From Oscillospiraceae bacterium (GTDB lineage: Bacteria > Bacillota > Clostridia > Oscillospirales > Oscillospiraceae): a DNA stretch of 64,000 nucleotides. The notes beneath the pieces are model-generated. The model was not told where the DNA came from. It did no database searches and saw nothing but the letters and a program-made list of their open reading frames with translations. The stretch lies in contig JAFSUG010000001.1 in NCBI GenBank assembly GCA_017445385.1, positions 80,969 through 144,968 of the forward strand, given 5' to 3'. The position numbers and the translations under genes were made by a program. Shown here piece after piece: positions 26,564 through 36,434 of this stretch (position 1 is the stretch's first letter; each line of letters begins with the position of its first letter).

Positions 26564-28630
26564 TCATTCACCTGTGTCACTCGGCAGCAGCCAGGAAAGA
26601 ATGCGGCTGCTTTCCAGATCAACCTTCTGCTTCGGCGGCGTCAGCGTGATGCGCAGGGTTTTTACGCCCTTTGAAACGGAGATCAGTCCCATTTCTTCCA
26701 TAACGTCAACGCAGATGCGCGTGCGCAGCAGATTGCAGGGTGCGTTTACCGCGCGCGCCGATTTGCGCGCGAGCCCCTCAAGCGTATCTTCCAAAACGTG
26801 GTCATCCGCGCAGGCGGTCAGATAGTTCCAAAGCGCTACGAAATCGCGCCGCTGCGGCCGCGCAAGTTCCACCGTTTCGCTGTCCAGCGGCTGCATCGCG
26901 GTGATCGCGTTGTACCGCGCGGCAGCGTCTTCCGCCTGGCGGCGGTGCGCTTCGTTCTGGCGCACGTCTACCAGATTGAGCTGCACGGTGCGGCTGCCGC
27001 GAAAATCGTTGATCTGCGCCTGAAACGCCGCCTCGATCGTGTCGCCTAAAGCAACGTCGGCATCGGTTGCGGTTGTAGAGAAGAAGATCGCGTTGCAGAC
27101 CGCGCTGCCTTTGCGCAGCCGCAGGCGCAAGTGCTTTCCGCCGCCGACTGCGCTGAGCTGCTCAACCGTCAGATCGCGCATACAGAAAACCGGCCGCGGA
27201 CAGCCCGCGCCGCAAGGCTCCATTTCCTCCAGCGCGGCAACGTTCGCGACGGTCAGCAGCTGCGGCTGCACCTCGCAGTCGATCTCAAGCGCCTGGCGGT
27301 ATTCGCCGGTTGCGCGAAATTCTCTCACTGCCTTGCGCATTTCCTCGCGGAAAGCGTCAATGTTTTCTCTGCGGATTGTAAAGCCGGCGGCAAGCTCATG
27401 CCCGCCGAAGCTCTCTAAAAGCCCGGAGAAGCGCTCCAACGCGCCGAACAGGTTGAAGCCGCCATAGGAGCGGGAGGAGGCTTTTCCCTTATCGCCGTCC
27501 ATGCAGATCAAAAACGTCGGGCAGCGGAATTCCTCCGCAAGCCGCGATGCAACGATCCCAACAACGCCCTGATGCCAGTCCTCACCCGCAAGCACGATCA
27601 CGTCCTGCTGCGGCTCAAAGCGGTCAATCCGCGCGATCGCGTCGTTGTAAATCTCTGTTTCAACGCTCTGACGCTGGCGGTTCATGCGGCAAAGACGCTG
27701 CGCAAGCTGCGCTGCGCGCTCTTCATCCTGCGTTAAAAACAGCTCAACCGCCACGTCCACTTCGCCCATGCGCCCTGCGGCGTTGATCCGCGGCGCAAGC
27801 GTGTAGCCGATCAGCGATGCCGTAACGCTCTGCCCTTCGCAGCCGCATTCCTCCATCAGCGCGCGGATGCCTACGCGCGGCGATTCGGTCATCTTTTCAA
27901 GCCCGCGCGAAACGAACGTGCGGTTTTCGCCGCGCAGAAGCATCACGTCCGCTACCGTGCCGAGGCAAACGAGATCGCAGCATTTTTCAAGCGTGCCTTC
28001 GCAGTCGCCCGAAAGGGCGCAGGCGAGCTTCAGCGCAACGCCAACGCCCGCAAGCTGCTCGTTGGGGTAGGGGCAGTCCTTCCGATGCGGATCCACAACC
28101 GCGACCGCCTCGGGCAGATCGTCCTTGCATTCGTGGTGATCGGTAATCACAAGGTCCATGCCGAGCTTGCGGCAGAGCAGCGCTTCTTCGTTCGCCGTAA
28201 TGCCGCAGTCAACCGTTATAACGAGCTTGATGCCCTGCTGCGCAAGCCCCGTCAGCGCCATTTCGTTCAGACCGTAGCCCTCTTCGATGCGCCCGGGGAT
28301 ATACGGCGTAATATCGCCGCCGAGACCGCGCAGAAATTCCGTTAAAAGGCAGGTTGCCGTAATGCCGTCTACGTCGTAGTCGCCGAAGACCGCGATCTTT
28401 TCGCCGCGCTCCAACGCCTGCCGCACGCGCGCGGCAGCCTTGTCCATATCCCGCATTTTCAGCGGATCTTCCGGCGCGGTATCGCGGGCGAGATAAGCGC
28501 GCGCCTGATCGGGCGTTGCGCAGCCGCGGCTGCATAGCACAGCCGCTGTCAGCGGCGAATAGCCTGCCTGGCAGAGCGATTGCTGCTGCGCAGCGTCAAA
28601 ACCCCCTACGTTCCAAATGCCATACTTCAC
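26564..28630 (-). CDS. recJ: Single-stranded-DNA-specific exonuclease RecJ
   Basis: 688 aa. DHH motifs are (IAVFGDYDVDGITA, VITVDCGI, LVITDHHE) and the DHHA1 motif is (GGHELAAGF). Confidence 0.95.
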   Translation of the reverse strand: MKYGIWNVGGFDAAQQQSLCQAGYSPLTAAVLCSRGCATPDQARAYLARDTAPEDPLKMRDMDKAAARVRQALERGEKIAVFGDYDVDGITATCLLTEFLRGLGGDITPYIPGRIEEGYGLNEMALTGLAQQGIKLVITVDCGITANEEALLCRKLGMDLVITDHHECKDDLPEAVAVVDPHRKDCPYPNEQLAGVGVALKLACALSGDCEGTLEKCCDLVCLGTVADVMLLRGENRTFVSRGLEKMTESPRVGIRALMEECGCEGQSVTASLIGYTLAPRINAAGRMGEVDVAVELFLTQDEERAAQLAQRLCRMNRQRQSVETEIYNDAIARIDRFEPQQDVIVLAGEDWHQGVVGIVASRLAEEFRCPTFLICMDGDKGKASSRSYGGFNLFGALERFSGLLESFGGHELAAGFTIRRENIDAFREEMRKAVREFRATGEYRQALEIDCEVQPQLLTVANVAALEEMEPCGAGCPRPVFCMRDLTVEQLSAVGGGKHLRLRLRKGSAVCNAIFFSTTATDADVALGDTIEAAFQAQINDFRGSRTVQLNLVDVRQNEAHRRQAEDAAARYNAITAMQPLDSETVELARPQRRDFVALWNYLTACADDHVLEDTLEGLARKSARAVNAPCNLLRTRICVDVMEEMGLISVSKGVKTLRITLTPPKQKVDLESSRILSWLLPSDTGE

Positions 28631-28749
28631 AAAAACACACTTCCATTATTCATTTTTCTTTTTGCGTCCATTATATCATCTTTTTGCCGTCTATACAACG
28701 GTTTTCCGCGCGAACGGGTAAACAAATTGTGAATCTTGCGCAGTTCGCC

Positions 28750-28778
28750 TTGTGATTTGTTCCCGAAGCGGCTATAAT
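28750..28778 (+). promoter_or_regulatory. Sigma-A-type promoter for the zinc-ribbon/birA unit
   Basis: TTGTGA (28750-28755), 17 nt spacer, TATAAT (28773-28778). Confidence 0.5.
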
Positions 28779-28805
28779 GGGAGAGAAATGAAAGGATGCG
28801 ATTGG

Positions 28806-29174
28806 ATGTTTCAGAAGCTCTCAAATGCGCTCAGCCGCTTTTTCTATGGCAGAAACGGCATGGATCGCCTCGCGGCGGCAACGCTCGGACTGAGCCTCGT
28901 TTTGCTCATTTTGGGTCGGTATCTCTTCGCGCCGCTGTCGTTCCTCTCCGCGCTTGCGCTTGCCTATACGCTTTTCCGCACCTACTCGCGTGATCTTGCG
29001 AAGCGCCGGCAGGAAAACGCGTGGTTCTGCCATCTGCTCGATCCGCTGCGCGATCGGCAGCATCGGTATTTCCGCTGCCCGAAATGCCGTCAGCGTGTGC
29101 GCGTTCCGCGCGGCAAGGGGCACGTTGCCATCCGCTGCCCGAACTGCGGCGAACGGTTTGAAAAGCATGCGTAA
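28806..29174 (+). CDS. Membrane protein with C-terminal zinc-ribbon (2x CxxC)
   Basis: MFQKLSNALSRFFYGRNGMDRLAAATLGLSLVLLILGRYLFAPLSFLSALALAYTLF...YFRCPKCRQRVRVPRGKGHVAIRCPNCGERF. I trimmed the start to the ATG at 28806, which lies behind AAAGGA. Confidence 0.7.
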   Translation: MFQKLSNALSRFFYGRNGMDRLAAATLGLSLVLLILGRYLFAPLSFLSALALAYTLFRTYSRDLAKRRQENAWFCHLLDPLRDRQHRYFRCPKCRQRVRVPRGKGHVAIRCPNCGERFEKHA

Positions 29175-29880
29175 GCCGGAATTTCTGATCTATCCGCAGG
29201 TCACGTCCACGAATGACCTTGCGAAAAAGCTTGCGCAGGAGGGCGCGGCGCACGGCGGCGCGGTGCTTGCTTACGCGCAGACGGCAGGCCGCGGCAGACG
29301 GGGGCGGACGTTCGCTTCGCCCAAGGGCGGCATCTATCTTTCCGTTATACTGCGGCCGCGCGATCCGCTGCCGAAGCTGCTGCATTTAACGCCAGTGCTG
29401 GCGGTTGCCGCCTGCGATGCGATTGAGGAGGTTGCAGGAATCCGTCCAAAGTGCAAATGGGTGAACGATCTGCTGCTGGAAGGGCGCAAGCTTGCCGGAA
29501 TCCTCGTTGAGATCTCCGGAGATGCGCTGATTGCCGGAATCGGCGTAAACGTTGCGAGAAGCGACCTGCCGGAGGAGCTGCGAAAAATTGCCGTAAGCCT
29601 CGCGGAGGTCGGAGCGGCTTGCGAAAAAGAGCCGCTTGCGCGCGCAATCGCGTCGCATATGGCGCGCGCCTGCGAAACGGCGGTTTCCGCGCAAAAAGCG
29701 TGGATGGATCGCTACCGCGCGGACTGCGCAACGATCGGACAAATGGTTTCGGCAAGCGGCGTGAGCGGCATCGCAAAAACAGTTGCCGATAACGGCGCGC
29801 TTATCATCGAAACCGAAACGGGAGACGTATCCGTGCAGACGGGGGAAGTCAGTTGCAATCCGGCGGCGGATCTGATATAA
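29167..29880 (+). CDS. birA: Biotin--[acetyl-CoA-carboxylase] ligase (group I, no HTH)
   Basis: MRKPEFLIYPQVTSTNDLAKKLAQEGAAHGGAVLAYAQTAGRGRRGRTFASPKGGIYLSVILRP...KWVNDLLLEGRKLAGILVE. It overlaps the upstream gene by 8 nt. Confidence 0.9.
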   Translation: MRKPEFLIYPQVTSTNDLAKKLAQEGAAHGGAVLAYAQTAGRGRRGRTFASPKGGIYLSVILRPRDPLPKLLHLTPVLAVAACDAIEEVAGIRPKCKWVNDLLLEGRKLAGILVEISGDALIAGIGVNVARSDLPEELRKIAVSLAEVGAACEKEPLARAIASHMARACETAVSAQKAWMDRYRADCATIGQMVSASGVSGIAKTVADNGALIIETETGDVSVQTGEVSCNPAADLI

Positions 29881-29906
29881 TGAAGCTATCAAAGGAGGAC
29901 GATCCG

Positions 29907-30077
29907 ATGAAGTTTATGAAAACGCTGCTGAAAATCGGTGGCGCGCTGCTGCTCATTTTCGGCGCAGTCTGCGTTGCGACCGGCTACTTTGAGCAGATCA
30001 AAGACGCGCTGTGCGGCGCAAAGAGCGACCCGTCCGAATACGATGACTATGCGGACGATGAGTGCGAGCCCGTATAA
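29907..30077 (+). CDS. Small membrane protein with acidic C-terminus (hypothetical)
   Basis: AAGGAGG lies 8 nt before the ATG at 29907. Translation: MKFMKTLLKIGGALLLIFGAVCVATGYFEQIKDALCGAKSDPSEYDDYADDECEPV. A terminator follows. Confidence 0.5.
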   Translation: MKFMKTLLKIGGALLLIFGAVCVATGYFEQIKDALCGAKSDPSEYDDYADDECEPV

Positions 30078-30081
30078 AACG

Positions 30082-30116
30082 AAAAAATCCGCTTGCTCGG
30101 CAAGCGGATTTTTTTG
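30082..30116 (+). terminator. Intrinsic terminator
   Basis: aaaaaATCCGCTTGCtcggCAAGCGGATttttttt. Confidence 0.75.
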
Positions 30117-30173
30117 CTTGTAACGCGGGGCAAAATGCGATATGATAAGAAAAACCCTGATTTGGAGGTCACT

Positions 30174-30683
30174 ATGAAAATAATTGATGAAAAAGGCCGT
30201 CTGTTCGGCAAGCTCAATCTGATCGATCTGCTGGTGATTTTGCTGATCGCCGCGATCGCGGTCGTCGCGGTCGTGAAGTACACCGGCCGTGATACGGAGT
30301 TGAAGCATTACAGCGCATCGCTCAATCGCCCGATGGAGTATTCGGTCGTCTGCCGCATGGTGTATCGTGACGCGGCGGAAAACGCCAAGCAGGAAGTGGG
30401 CAAGCAGCTTATGGCAGGCGGCGAGCTTGTGGAAGGCTGCTTCATTACGGCGGTGGAGGAGCGGCCGTATTATGAAAGCTACGTTGACGCCTCCGGCACT
30501 CTGCAGCATGCCGAATCGCCTGATTTCTGCGATCTGGTCATTACGGTCAAGGGCGAAGCGCCTTACGTGGACGAAGCCTACCAGGTCGGCACGCAGGAGG
30601 TGCGCATCGGTAAGGCGCATATTCTGAAAACCGTGAATCTGGAGCTGAACGCCATCGTAATCAGCTTGGAGGGCGCGGAATGA
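30174..30683 (+). CDS. DUF4330-like membrane-anchored protein
   Basis: MKIIDEKGRLFGKLNLIDLLVILLIAAIAVVAVVKY... is the N-terminal pattern I recognise from DUF4330 proteins. GGAGG lies 6 nt upstream. It overlaps the downstream O-antigen-ligase-like gene by 4 nt. Confidence 0.75.
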   Translation: MKIIDEKGRLFGKLNLIDLLVILLIAAIAVVAVVKYTGRDTELKHYSASLNRPMEYSVVCRMVYRDAAENAKQEVGKQLMAGGELVEGCFITAVEERPYYESYVDASGTLQHAESPDFCDLVITVKGEAPYVDEAYQVGTQEVRIGKAHILKTVNLELNAIVISLEGAE

Positions 30684-32254
30684 TCGATCTGCTGCAAACC
30701 AGCCTCCTCTGGCGGCTGCTGCAGGCGATCAGCGCATGGTTCGGGCGGCTGCCCTCCGGCAGCGTGCTTTGCGGCGCATGGAAAACGTCGTATATAAGAA
30801 GCGTATTTCGTGCCGCCGGAGAGAGCGACGCTCCGGCGCTGCATGAGAGCTTTTTCGAGCGGATACTGCAGGGCGCAAAAAGCCGCCTTGCCGGATGGGA
30901 GGGCGTTCGCGCCTGCGTTTTGCAGAGCGTACCCGGGCGCGTGGTTTCGTGGCTCGTTCGCGTGACCGCCGCGAGCAAATCGCTCGGCTGGCTCGCCTCC
31001 GGCGGCGTTACGGGCATTTTGCTTACGGTGCTCGCGCTCTATTCCGGCATTGACTGGGCGCTGCGCGACGTTTTGCCGCTGCCGCTTATATCGTCCGTTT
31101 GGGATGAGCTGCTGCTGATCGCCGCGCTTTTCTTTGCGCTCTGGCAGCGTACAGGCGTGAAAAAGGCGGAGCCCTCGCGCACGACGACACTGGATATTTT
31201 TGTCGGCGCGTTCATGTTGATCTGCCTTGCGCTGATGCTGCTGATCAGCCCGAGAATGGATATTGCCGTTTCCGGCTATCGCGCGGTGTGCCAGTATCTG
31301 CTTTGGTTCTTCCTCGTTTCGCGCCTGCTGCGCGGCGATGGGGACTACCGCAGAATGTATTATGCGATGCTCGCGCTTGCAGGCGTGATCGCGCTGCACG
31401 GCGTTTACCAGTATATTATTGCCGTTCCGATCCCTGCCCACTGGGTTGCGCAGGCGGAGCAGTCCGTGCGCACGCGCGTGTTCTCCATTTTCGGAAGCCC
31501 CAATATCATGGCTTGCTATATGGTGATGTTCGCGCCCATGGCGGCGGGACTCGCCTATTCCAAAAAGGGCTGGCAGTATAAAGTGCTCGGCTGGGGACTT
31601 GCCGTACTGATGTGTATATCGTGCCTGTTCACCATGTCGCGCGGCGGCTGGGTAGCGATGGCGGTTGCGATCCTCGTTTTTGCGCTGCTGGTCGATGGGC
31701 GGCTGCTGCTGCTCATGGCGGTTGCCGGCGTTGCGTCGCTTGCGCTGCCGTTTGTTGCAAGCCGCATCGGCTTCCTCTTTACCGAGGATTTCACGAAGGC
31801 AAATTCGAACGGCGGCCGTGACAGCCGCTGGCGGCTCGGCATGGAGTATCTGCAAAACTTCGGCTCGCCGCTGTTCGGTATGGGCTTCGGCCAGTTCGGC
31901 GGCGCGGTTGCGATGCAGAACCAGATCCACAGGTCCTATCTCAGCTATTTCTATATGGATAACTACTATATGAAAACGCTGACGGAAACGGGCTACGTTG
32001 GGCTGTTTTCGTATCTTGCGATGCTGATGGGACTGATCGTAAACGGTCTGCGCAGCCTCTACCGCAGCTTCCGAACGAAGGCGGACGGCTTCTATGCCAT
32101 GAGCGCCGGCATCTTTGCAGGGCTTTGCGGAACGATGGTGCATTGCTATTTTGAAAACATCTTCGAAGAGCCGTATATGCTCGCAACGTTCTGGATCCTC
32201 GCGGCGATGCTGCTCTATGGCGGTCTGTACCGCCCGAAGCTGAAACAAATCTGA
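30680..32254 (+). CDS. O-antigen ligase/polymerase family (Wzy_C) polytopic membrane protein
   Basis: 524 aa with more than 10 TM helices. The Wzy_C-like core is ...CLFTMSRGGWVAMAVAILVFALL... Confidence 0.85.
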   Translation: MIDLLQTSLLWRLLQAISAWFGRLPSGSVLCGAWKTSYIRSVFRAAGESDAPALHESFFERILQGAKSRLAGWEGVRACVLQSVPGRVVSWLVRVTAASKSLGWLASGGVTGILLTVLALYSGIDWALRDVLPLPLISSVWDELLLIAALFFALWQRTGVKKAEPSRTTTLDIFVGAFMLICLALMLLISPRMDIAVSGYRAVCQYLLWFFLVSRLLRGDGDYRRMYYAMLALAGVIALHGVYQYIIAVPIPAHWVAQAEQSVRTRVFSIFGSPNIMACYMVMFAPMAAGLAYSKKGWQYKVLGWGLAVLMCISCLFTMSRGGWVAMAVAILVFALLVDGRLLLLMAVAGVASLALPFVASRIGFLFTEDFTKANSNGGRDSRWRLGMEYLQNFGSPLFGMGFGQFGGAVAMQNQIHRSYLSYFYMDNYYMKTLTETGYVGLFSYLAMLMGLIVNGLRSLYRSFRTKADGFYAMSAGIFAGLCGTMVHCYFENIFEEPYMLATFWILAAMLLYGGLYRPKLKQI

Positions 32255-32256
32255 AA

Positions 32257-32299
32257 AGAACCGTTCTGTTTGATGCTCAAACAGAACGGTTCTTTTTTT
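32257..32299. terminator. Bidirectional intrinsic terminator (overlaps 3' end of the minus-strand hydrolase gene)
   Basis: AAGAACCGTTCTGTTTgatgctcAAACAGAACGGTTCTTttttt. Confidence 0.7.
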
Positions 32300-33233
32300 G
32301 TATTCGCAAAATCAGCAGCACCAGTCCGCTGCCGAGCAGAAACACGGCAATCGTGATCGGCAGCATCCACCATTCAAACGCCGTTTCCTCCGCTTGCGGT
32401 TCGGGCGGCGGTTCGGGCGCGTCGAGCGCGACCGTTACGGGCGTGGGAACGGCGGCAGCCGCTTCAGCATCAAGGCGCGCAAGCGCCTGCGAATCGGTGT
32501 AGTCTTTGAAGAGCACGGCGCATTCGGCGGAGACGTTTTCGCCGCGGTCCTGCGTATAAACCGCCAGCAAAAACGGGTTTTCGCCGTAGATGATGCCAAC
32601 GTCGTTTTCCGCGCCCTCAAAGCTTCCGTATTTGTGGGCGATCTCGCAATCTAAGTATTTCTTGAAATAATGATCGGGACACGCCTGCTTGAGATAGCCG
32701 AGCATCTCCGGGAATTCGGCTTCGTTTTCGTAGAGATAGCGCAGCGTATCCATCATCATGCGTGTGCAGTAATAATTGTTGCTCCAGTATTTGCCGTCGA
32801 TCTCGTCGTCCGTCATCGTAAAATACTTGCGCATTTTCTCCTTATACGTTCGGAAATTGCCGAGATTGTAGAGCATGGCAATCGAAACCTCGTTGTTGGA
32901 ATCCACAAGGCTCATCCGATGGCAGTTTGCAAGCGTTGTGCCGGAATTGGGGATGTAAGCGTCCGGAGCGATCTCACCGGCCTGTTCCAGCTCACAGTAA
33001 TAGAGATTCAGCGGCAGCTTGAACGTGCTTGCGGCAACGAGCATCGTTTCTTCGTTGTAAGCATAGCTTTCGCCGGACACGGGATCGTAATAGCTTACGG
33101 CAAAATTCGATTCGGTCAAGCCGTGCTCCGCGCGGAACTGCTCCACCTGCTCCGCAATCGTCCCTGAATAGGCAAACGCCGCGCTGCACAGCGATATTGC
33201 CGCTGCACAGGCGGCGATGACGCGCCGGATCAT
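32277..33233 (-). CDS. Class-A beta-lactamase-related serine hydrolase with signal peptide and C-terminal TM anchor
   Basis: 318 aa. The signal peptide is MIRRVIAACAAAISLCSAAFA. The SxxK motif is STFKLPLNLYY. A Pro/Glu-rich linker and a hydrophobic C-terminal helix follow. Confidence 0.8.
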   Translation of the reverse strand: MIRRVIAACAAAISLCSAAFAYSGTIAEQVEQFRAEHGLTESNFAVSYYDPVSGESYAYNEETMLVAASTFKLPLNLYYCELEQAGEIAPDAYIPNSGTTLANCHRMSLVDSNNEVSIAMLYNLGNFRTYKEKMRKYFTMTDDEIDGKYWSNNYYCTRMMMDTLRYLYENEAEFPEMLGYLKQACPDHYFKKYLDCEIAHKYGSFEGAENDVGIIYGENPFLLAVYTQDRGENVSAECAVLFKDYTDSQALARLDAEAAAAVPTPVTVALDAPEPPPEPQAEETAFEWWMLPITIAVFLLGSGLVLLILRIQKKNRSV

Positions 33234-33787
33234 GCGCTGTATACTTCCTGTTTGAGAATGCCAATGTAGGGGAGGTTGCGGTAATGCTCGGCGTAGTCCA
33301 GCCCGAAGCCCACTACAAAGCCGCCGGGGATCGTGAAGCAGGTGTAGTCCGGCGCGATCTCCACCTTTCTGCCGGAGGGCTTATCCAGCAGCGTGCAGAT
33401 TTTTACGGATTCCGCGCCGCGCTCCAGCAGCAGCTTGCGCAGCAGCTTCAGCGTTAAGCCGGAATCGAGAATGTCTTCTAAAATCAGCACGTGGCGGCCG
33501 CGGATATCCGTATCGAGGTCCTTGCGGATCTTCACTTCGCCGGAGGTGGTCGTACCGCTGCCGTAGGAGGAAACGCACATAAAGTCCTCCTGGATCGGTG
33601 TATCGATGCGGCAGGACATCGCCGCATAGAAGGGGATCGCCCCTTTCAGAATGCCAACAACGATCGGGTCTTTTCCGCGGTAATCCTCGGTGAGAACGGT
33701 GGCAACTTCATCAATGCGCTTTAATAGCTCGTCCTCCGTCAGCAAAATGCGCTCAATATCGCGGCTCATGTCGGTTTCATGGATCAT
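33230..33787 (-). CDS. hpt: Hypoxanthine phosphoribosyltransferase
   Basis: MIHETDMSRDIERILLTEDELLKRIDEVA...IVVGILKGAIPFYA...HVLILEDILDSGLTL (PRPP loop). I trimmed the start to the ATG that overlaps the tilS stop (ATGA). Confidence 0.93.
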   Translation of the reverse strand: MIHETDMSRDIERILLTEDELLKRIDEVATVLTEDYRGKDPIVVGILKGAIPFYAAMSCRIDTPIQEDFMCVSSYGSGTTTSGEVKIRKDLDTDIRGRHVLILEDILDSGLTLKLLRKLLLERGAESVKICTLLDKPSGRKVEIAPDYTCFTIPGGFVVGFGLDYAEHYRNLPYIGILKQEVYSA

Positions 33788-35082
33788 AGGGACGCCTCTT
33801 TCTCTGTAACAGTTATCGTAAAAGTGGGTTCGCCGGGGCTTGGCAGATGGTTCAGGTCTTCGCCGATGCCCCAAACGGCAAGCACCTTGCCGTCTTTTTC
33901 AAAAACCGGGATCGTGCCGCGCCGAAGCGCGGGGATTTTCCGGTCGATCATCAGTTTTTTGAGCGTCTGCGTGCCGGCGTTCAGGCGGATGCTGTCGCCC
34001 GATTTTCGCGGACGGACGGTGATTTCGCCGTCAAGCAGCCGCCTCGGGAGCTTCAGCCCGTCGCCGTCTTCTCCGCAGCGCACGACCGCGCCGGTTTCGG
34101 CAATCGTCACCTCGCCGGGGCAGGGGAGCGTAACCGGGGAAAACGATCCGCCTTCCGCGCTGTCAAGGATCAGCAAATCGTATTCGCGTCTTGCGCGAAG
34201 TCCGTCGGGCAGGTCGGCGTTTGCGGAGGGATCGCTTGAGAAAAGCAGCGCTTCCACGCTTTCAACGTGCGCGGCGGTCATTTTCGGAACGGACCGCAAA
34301 AGCATTCGGATCGCGCGCCTGCGGATCGGCTCCGGCGCAGCCTTCAGCGGCGCGACCGCATAGCCGCTTGCGCAGGGGACGAGCGCTTTTTGCGCCGCTT
34401 CTTCCAGCAGCGCTTCATCCGCCCGCAGCGTATCGGTCAGATGCGCAACGCCGGAAAGCAGCGCCGGATTTTCCGCCTTCAGCAGCGGCACAACGCCGTG
34501 GCGCAGGCGGTTTCGAAGGTAATCGCCGGATGCGTTCGTGGAATCCTCGCGGTAAGAAAGATCGTTTTCCGCGAGATAGTCTGAAATCTCCGCTCTGGAA
34601 AACGGCAGCATCGGGCGGATCAGCCGCCCGCGTACCGGCGGAATGCCGCAGAGCCCTTTCAGTCCCGTTCCGCGGATGAGATTGAGCAGCACGGTTTCAA
34701 GCTGATCATCGGCATTATGCGCCGTTGCGATCAAACCCTCCTGCGTCTCGAAAAACGCATAGCGGCAGTGCCGCGCGGCTTCCTCGATGCTCTCGCCGTG
34801 CGCTTTGGCATAGGCGGCAACGTCCGCGCCGCCAACGGTCAGCTCGATTGCAAGCTGCTCGCACAGCGCGCGGCAAAACCGCTCGTCGCCGTCCGATTCC
34901 GCGCCGCGCAGGCGGTGGTTAAAGTGGCAGGCGCGCACGGTGATGCCGAGCGGTTTCTGCAGCGATGCAAGCGCGTGCGTCATGCAAACGCTGTCCGCGC
35001 CGCCGGATAGCGCACAGGTTACGGTATCGCCCGGCGAAAGCATCGCCGATTCGCGCAGATGGCGCAGCAGCTTATTCCTCAT
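33784..35082 (-). CDS. tilS: tRNA(Ile)-lysidine synthetase
   Basis: 432 aa. The PP-loop is CALSGGADSV. It sits in the tilS-hpt order. Confidence 0.93.
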   Translation of the reverse strand: MRNKLLRHLRESAMLSPGDTVTCALSGGADSVCMTHALASLQKPLGITVRACHFNHRLRGAESDGDERFCRALCEQLAIELTVGGADVAAYAKAHGESIEEAARHCRYAFFETQEGLIATAHNADDQLETVLLNLIRGTGLKGLCGIPPVRGRLIRPMLPFSRAEISDYLAENDLSYREDSTNASGDYLRNRLRHGVVPLLKAENPALLSGVAHLTDTLRADEALLEEAAQKALVPCASGYAVAPLKAAPEPIRRRAIRMLLRSVPKMTAAHVESVEALLFSSDPSANADLPDGLRARREYDLLILDSAEGGSFSPVTLPCPGEVTIAETGAVVRCGEDGDGLKLPRRLLDGEITVRPRKSGDSIRLNAGTQTLKKLMIDRKIPALRRGTIPVFEKDGKVLAVWGIGEDLNHLPSPGEPTFTITVTEKEASL

Positions 35083-36409
35083 GCTTCCATTCCCGGTTGG
35101 AGAAGGTTGTATATTCCGGAATCCATTGCAGCTTCACCGTGCCGCCTTCGCCGTGGCGGTTTTTGGCAACGATGCATTCCGCAACGTTCTTTTCCTCGGA
35201 ATTCTCATTGTAGTAATCATCGCGGTAGAGCATCAGAACGCAGTCGGCGTCCTGCTCGATCGAGCCGGATTCGCGCAAGTCCGAAAGCATCGGGCGCTTG
35301 TCCGTTCGGCTTTCGCTGCCGCGGTTGAGCTGGCTCAGGCAGATTACGGGAACGTCCAGATCCTTTGCGAGAACCTTCAGCGATCGGGAAATATCGGAAA
35401 CGATGTTCACGCGGTTGTCGCCGCGGTTCGATCCGTAGCCGGAGCCGGACATGAGCTGTAAGTAGTCGATGATGACGAGACCGAGATTGTCCAGCCTGCG
35501 GCATTTTGCGCTGATCTCCGCAACGGTGATGGAGGAGTTGCTGTCGATGCGGATATCGGTCGTCGCGAGGGCGGAGGTTGCCATGCCGATGCGCTTCCAG
35601 TCCTCCGGGGAGAGCTTGCCGGTGGTCAGCTTGTCGTTGTTCACGAAGCTCTCTCCGGAAATCAAGCGCGTAACAAGCTCCTCTCTGGACATTTCCAGCG
35701 AGAAAATCGCAATCGTCTTATCGTATTTTTTCGCAACGTTTACCGCGATGTTCAGCGCAAGCGACGTTTTGCCCATCGCCGGCCGCGCCGCGATCAGAAT
35801 CAGATTGGACTTGTTCAGCCCGTGAATCTTGCGGTCGAGATCGGTCAGTCCGGTGGAAAGACCGGGGAACGCCTGGTCGGACGTGGAAAGCTCGATCAGA
35901 CGGTCGTAAACGTCCACGATGACCGTGCCGATTTTTTGCAGCGAATCGCCGGTTTCACCCTTGCGGATGGAATAGATTTTCTTTTCCGCAAGCTCCAGGA
36001 TCTCGTCCGTGGTGCCAACGCCGTCATAAACGGTGTTGGAGATATCGTCCGCAGCTTCCGCAAGCGCGCGCAGCAGCGCCTTTTCATGCACGATCCCGGC
36101 GTACTGCACGGCGTAGGCGCTCGTGGGTGTAACGTCCATCAGCTGAACGAGATAGTCGCCCGTGCGCTCATCGGCAAGGCCCTGTTCTTTCATCTTGTTC
36201 AGCACGGTAACCGCGTCAATCGGCTGCCCTGTGCTGAACATCAGGAACATCGTTTCATAGATATCCCGATTCTGTTTCAAATAGAAATCGCCCGGCGTCA
36301 AAACGGCAACAACGTCCGCGACGCAGCGGTTGTCAATCAGCATCGCGCCGATCACGGATTGCTCCGCTTCCAGTGCCTGCGGCATTTGGCGCGCAGTCAG
36401 CTCATCCAT
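35072..36409 (-). CDS. dnaB: Replicative DNA helicase
   Basis: 445 aa. PQALEAEQSVIGAMLID..., Walker A is ARPAMGKTS, and ...IIDYLQLM... is present. Confidence 0.96.
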   Translation of the reverse strand: MDELTARQMPQALEAEQSVIGAMLIDNRCVADVVAVLTPGDFYLKQNRDIYETMFLMFSTGQPIDAVTVLNKMKEQGLADERTGDYLVQLMDVTPTSAYAVQYAGIVHEKALLRALAEAADDISNTVYDGVGTTDEILELAEKKIYSIRKGETGDSLQKIGTVIVDVYDRLIELSTSDQAFPGLSTGLTDLDRKIHGLNKSNLILIAARPAMGKTSLALNIAVNVAKKYDKTIAIFSLEMSREELVTRLISGESFVNNDKLTTGKLSPEDWKRIGMATSALATTDIRIDSNSSITVAEISAKCRRLDNLGLVIIDYLQLMSGSGYGSNRGDNRVNIVSDISRSLKVLAKDLDVPVICLSQLNRGSESRTDKRPMLSDLRESGSIEQDADCVLMLYRDDYYNENSEEKNVAECIVAKNRHGEGGTVKLQWIPEYTTFSNREWKHEE

Positions 36410-36434
36410 GGGATTTTCCTCCCTTAATGTTTGT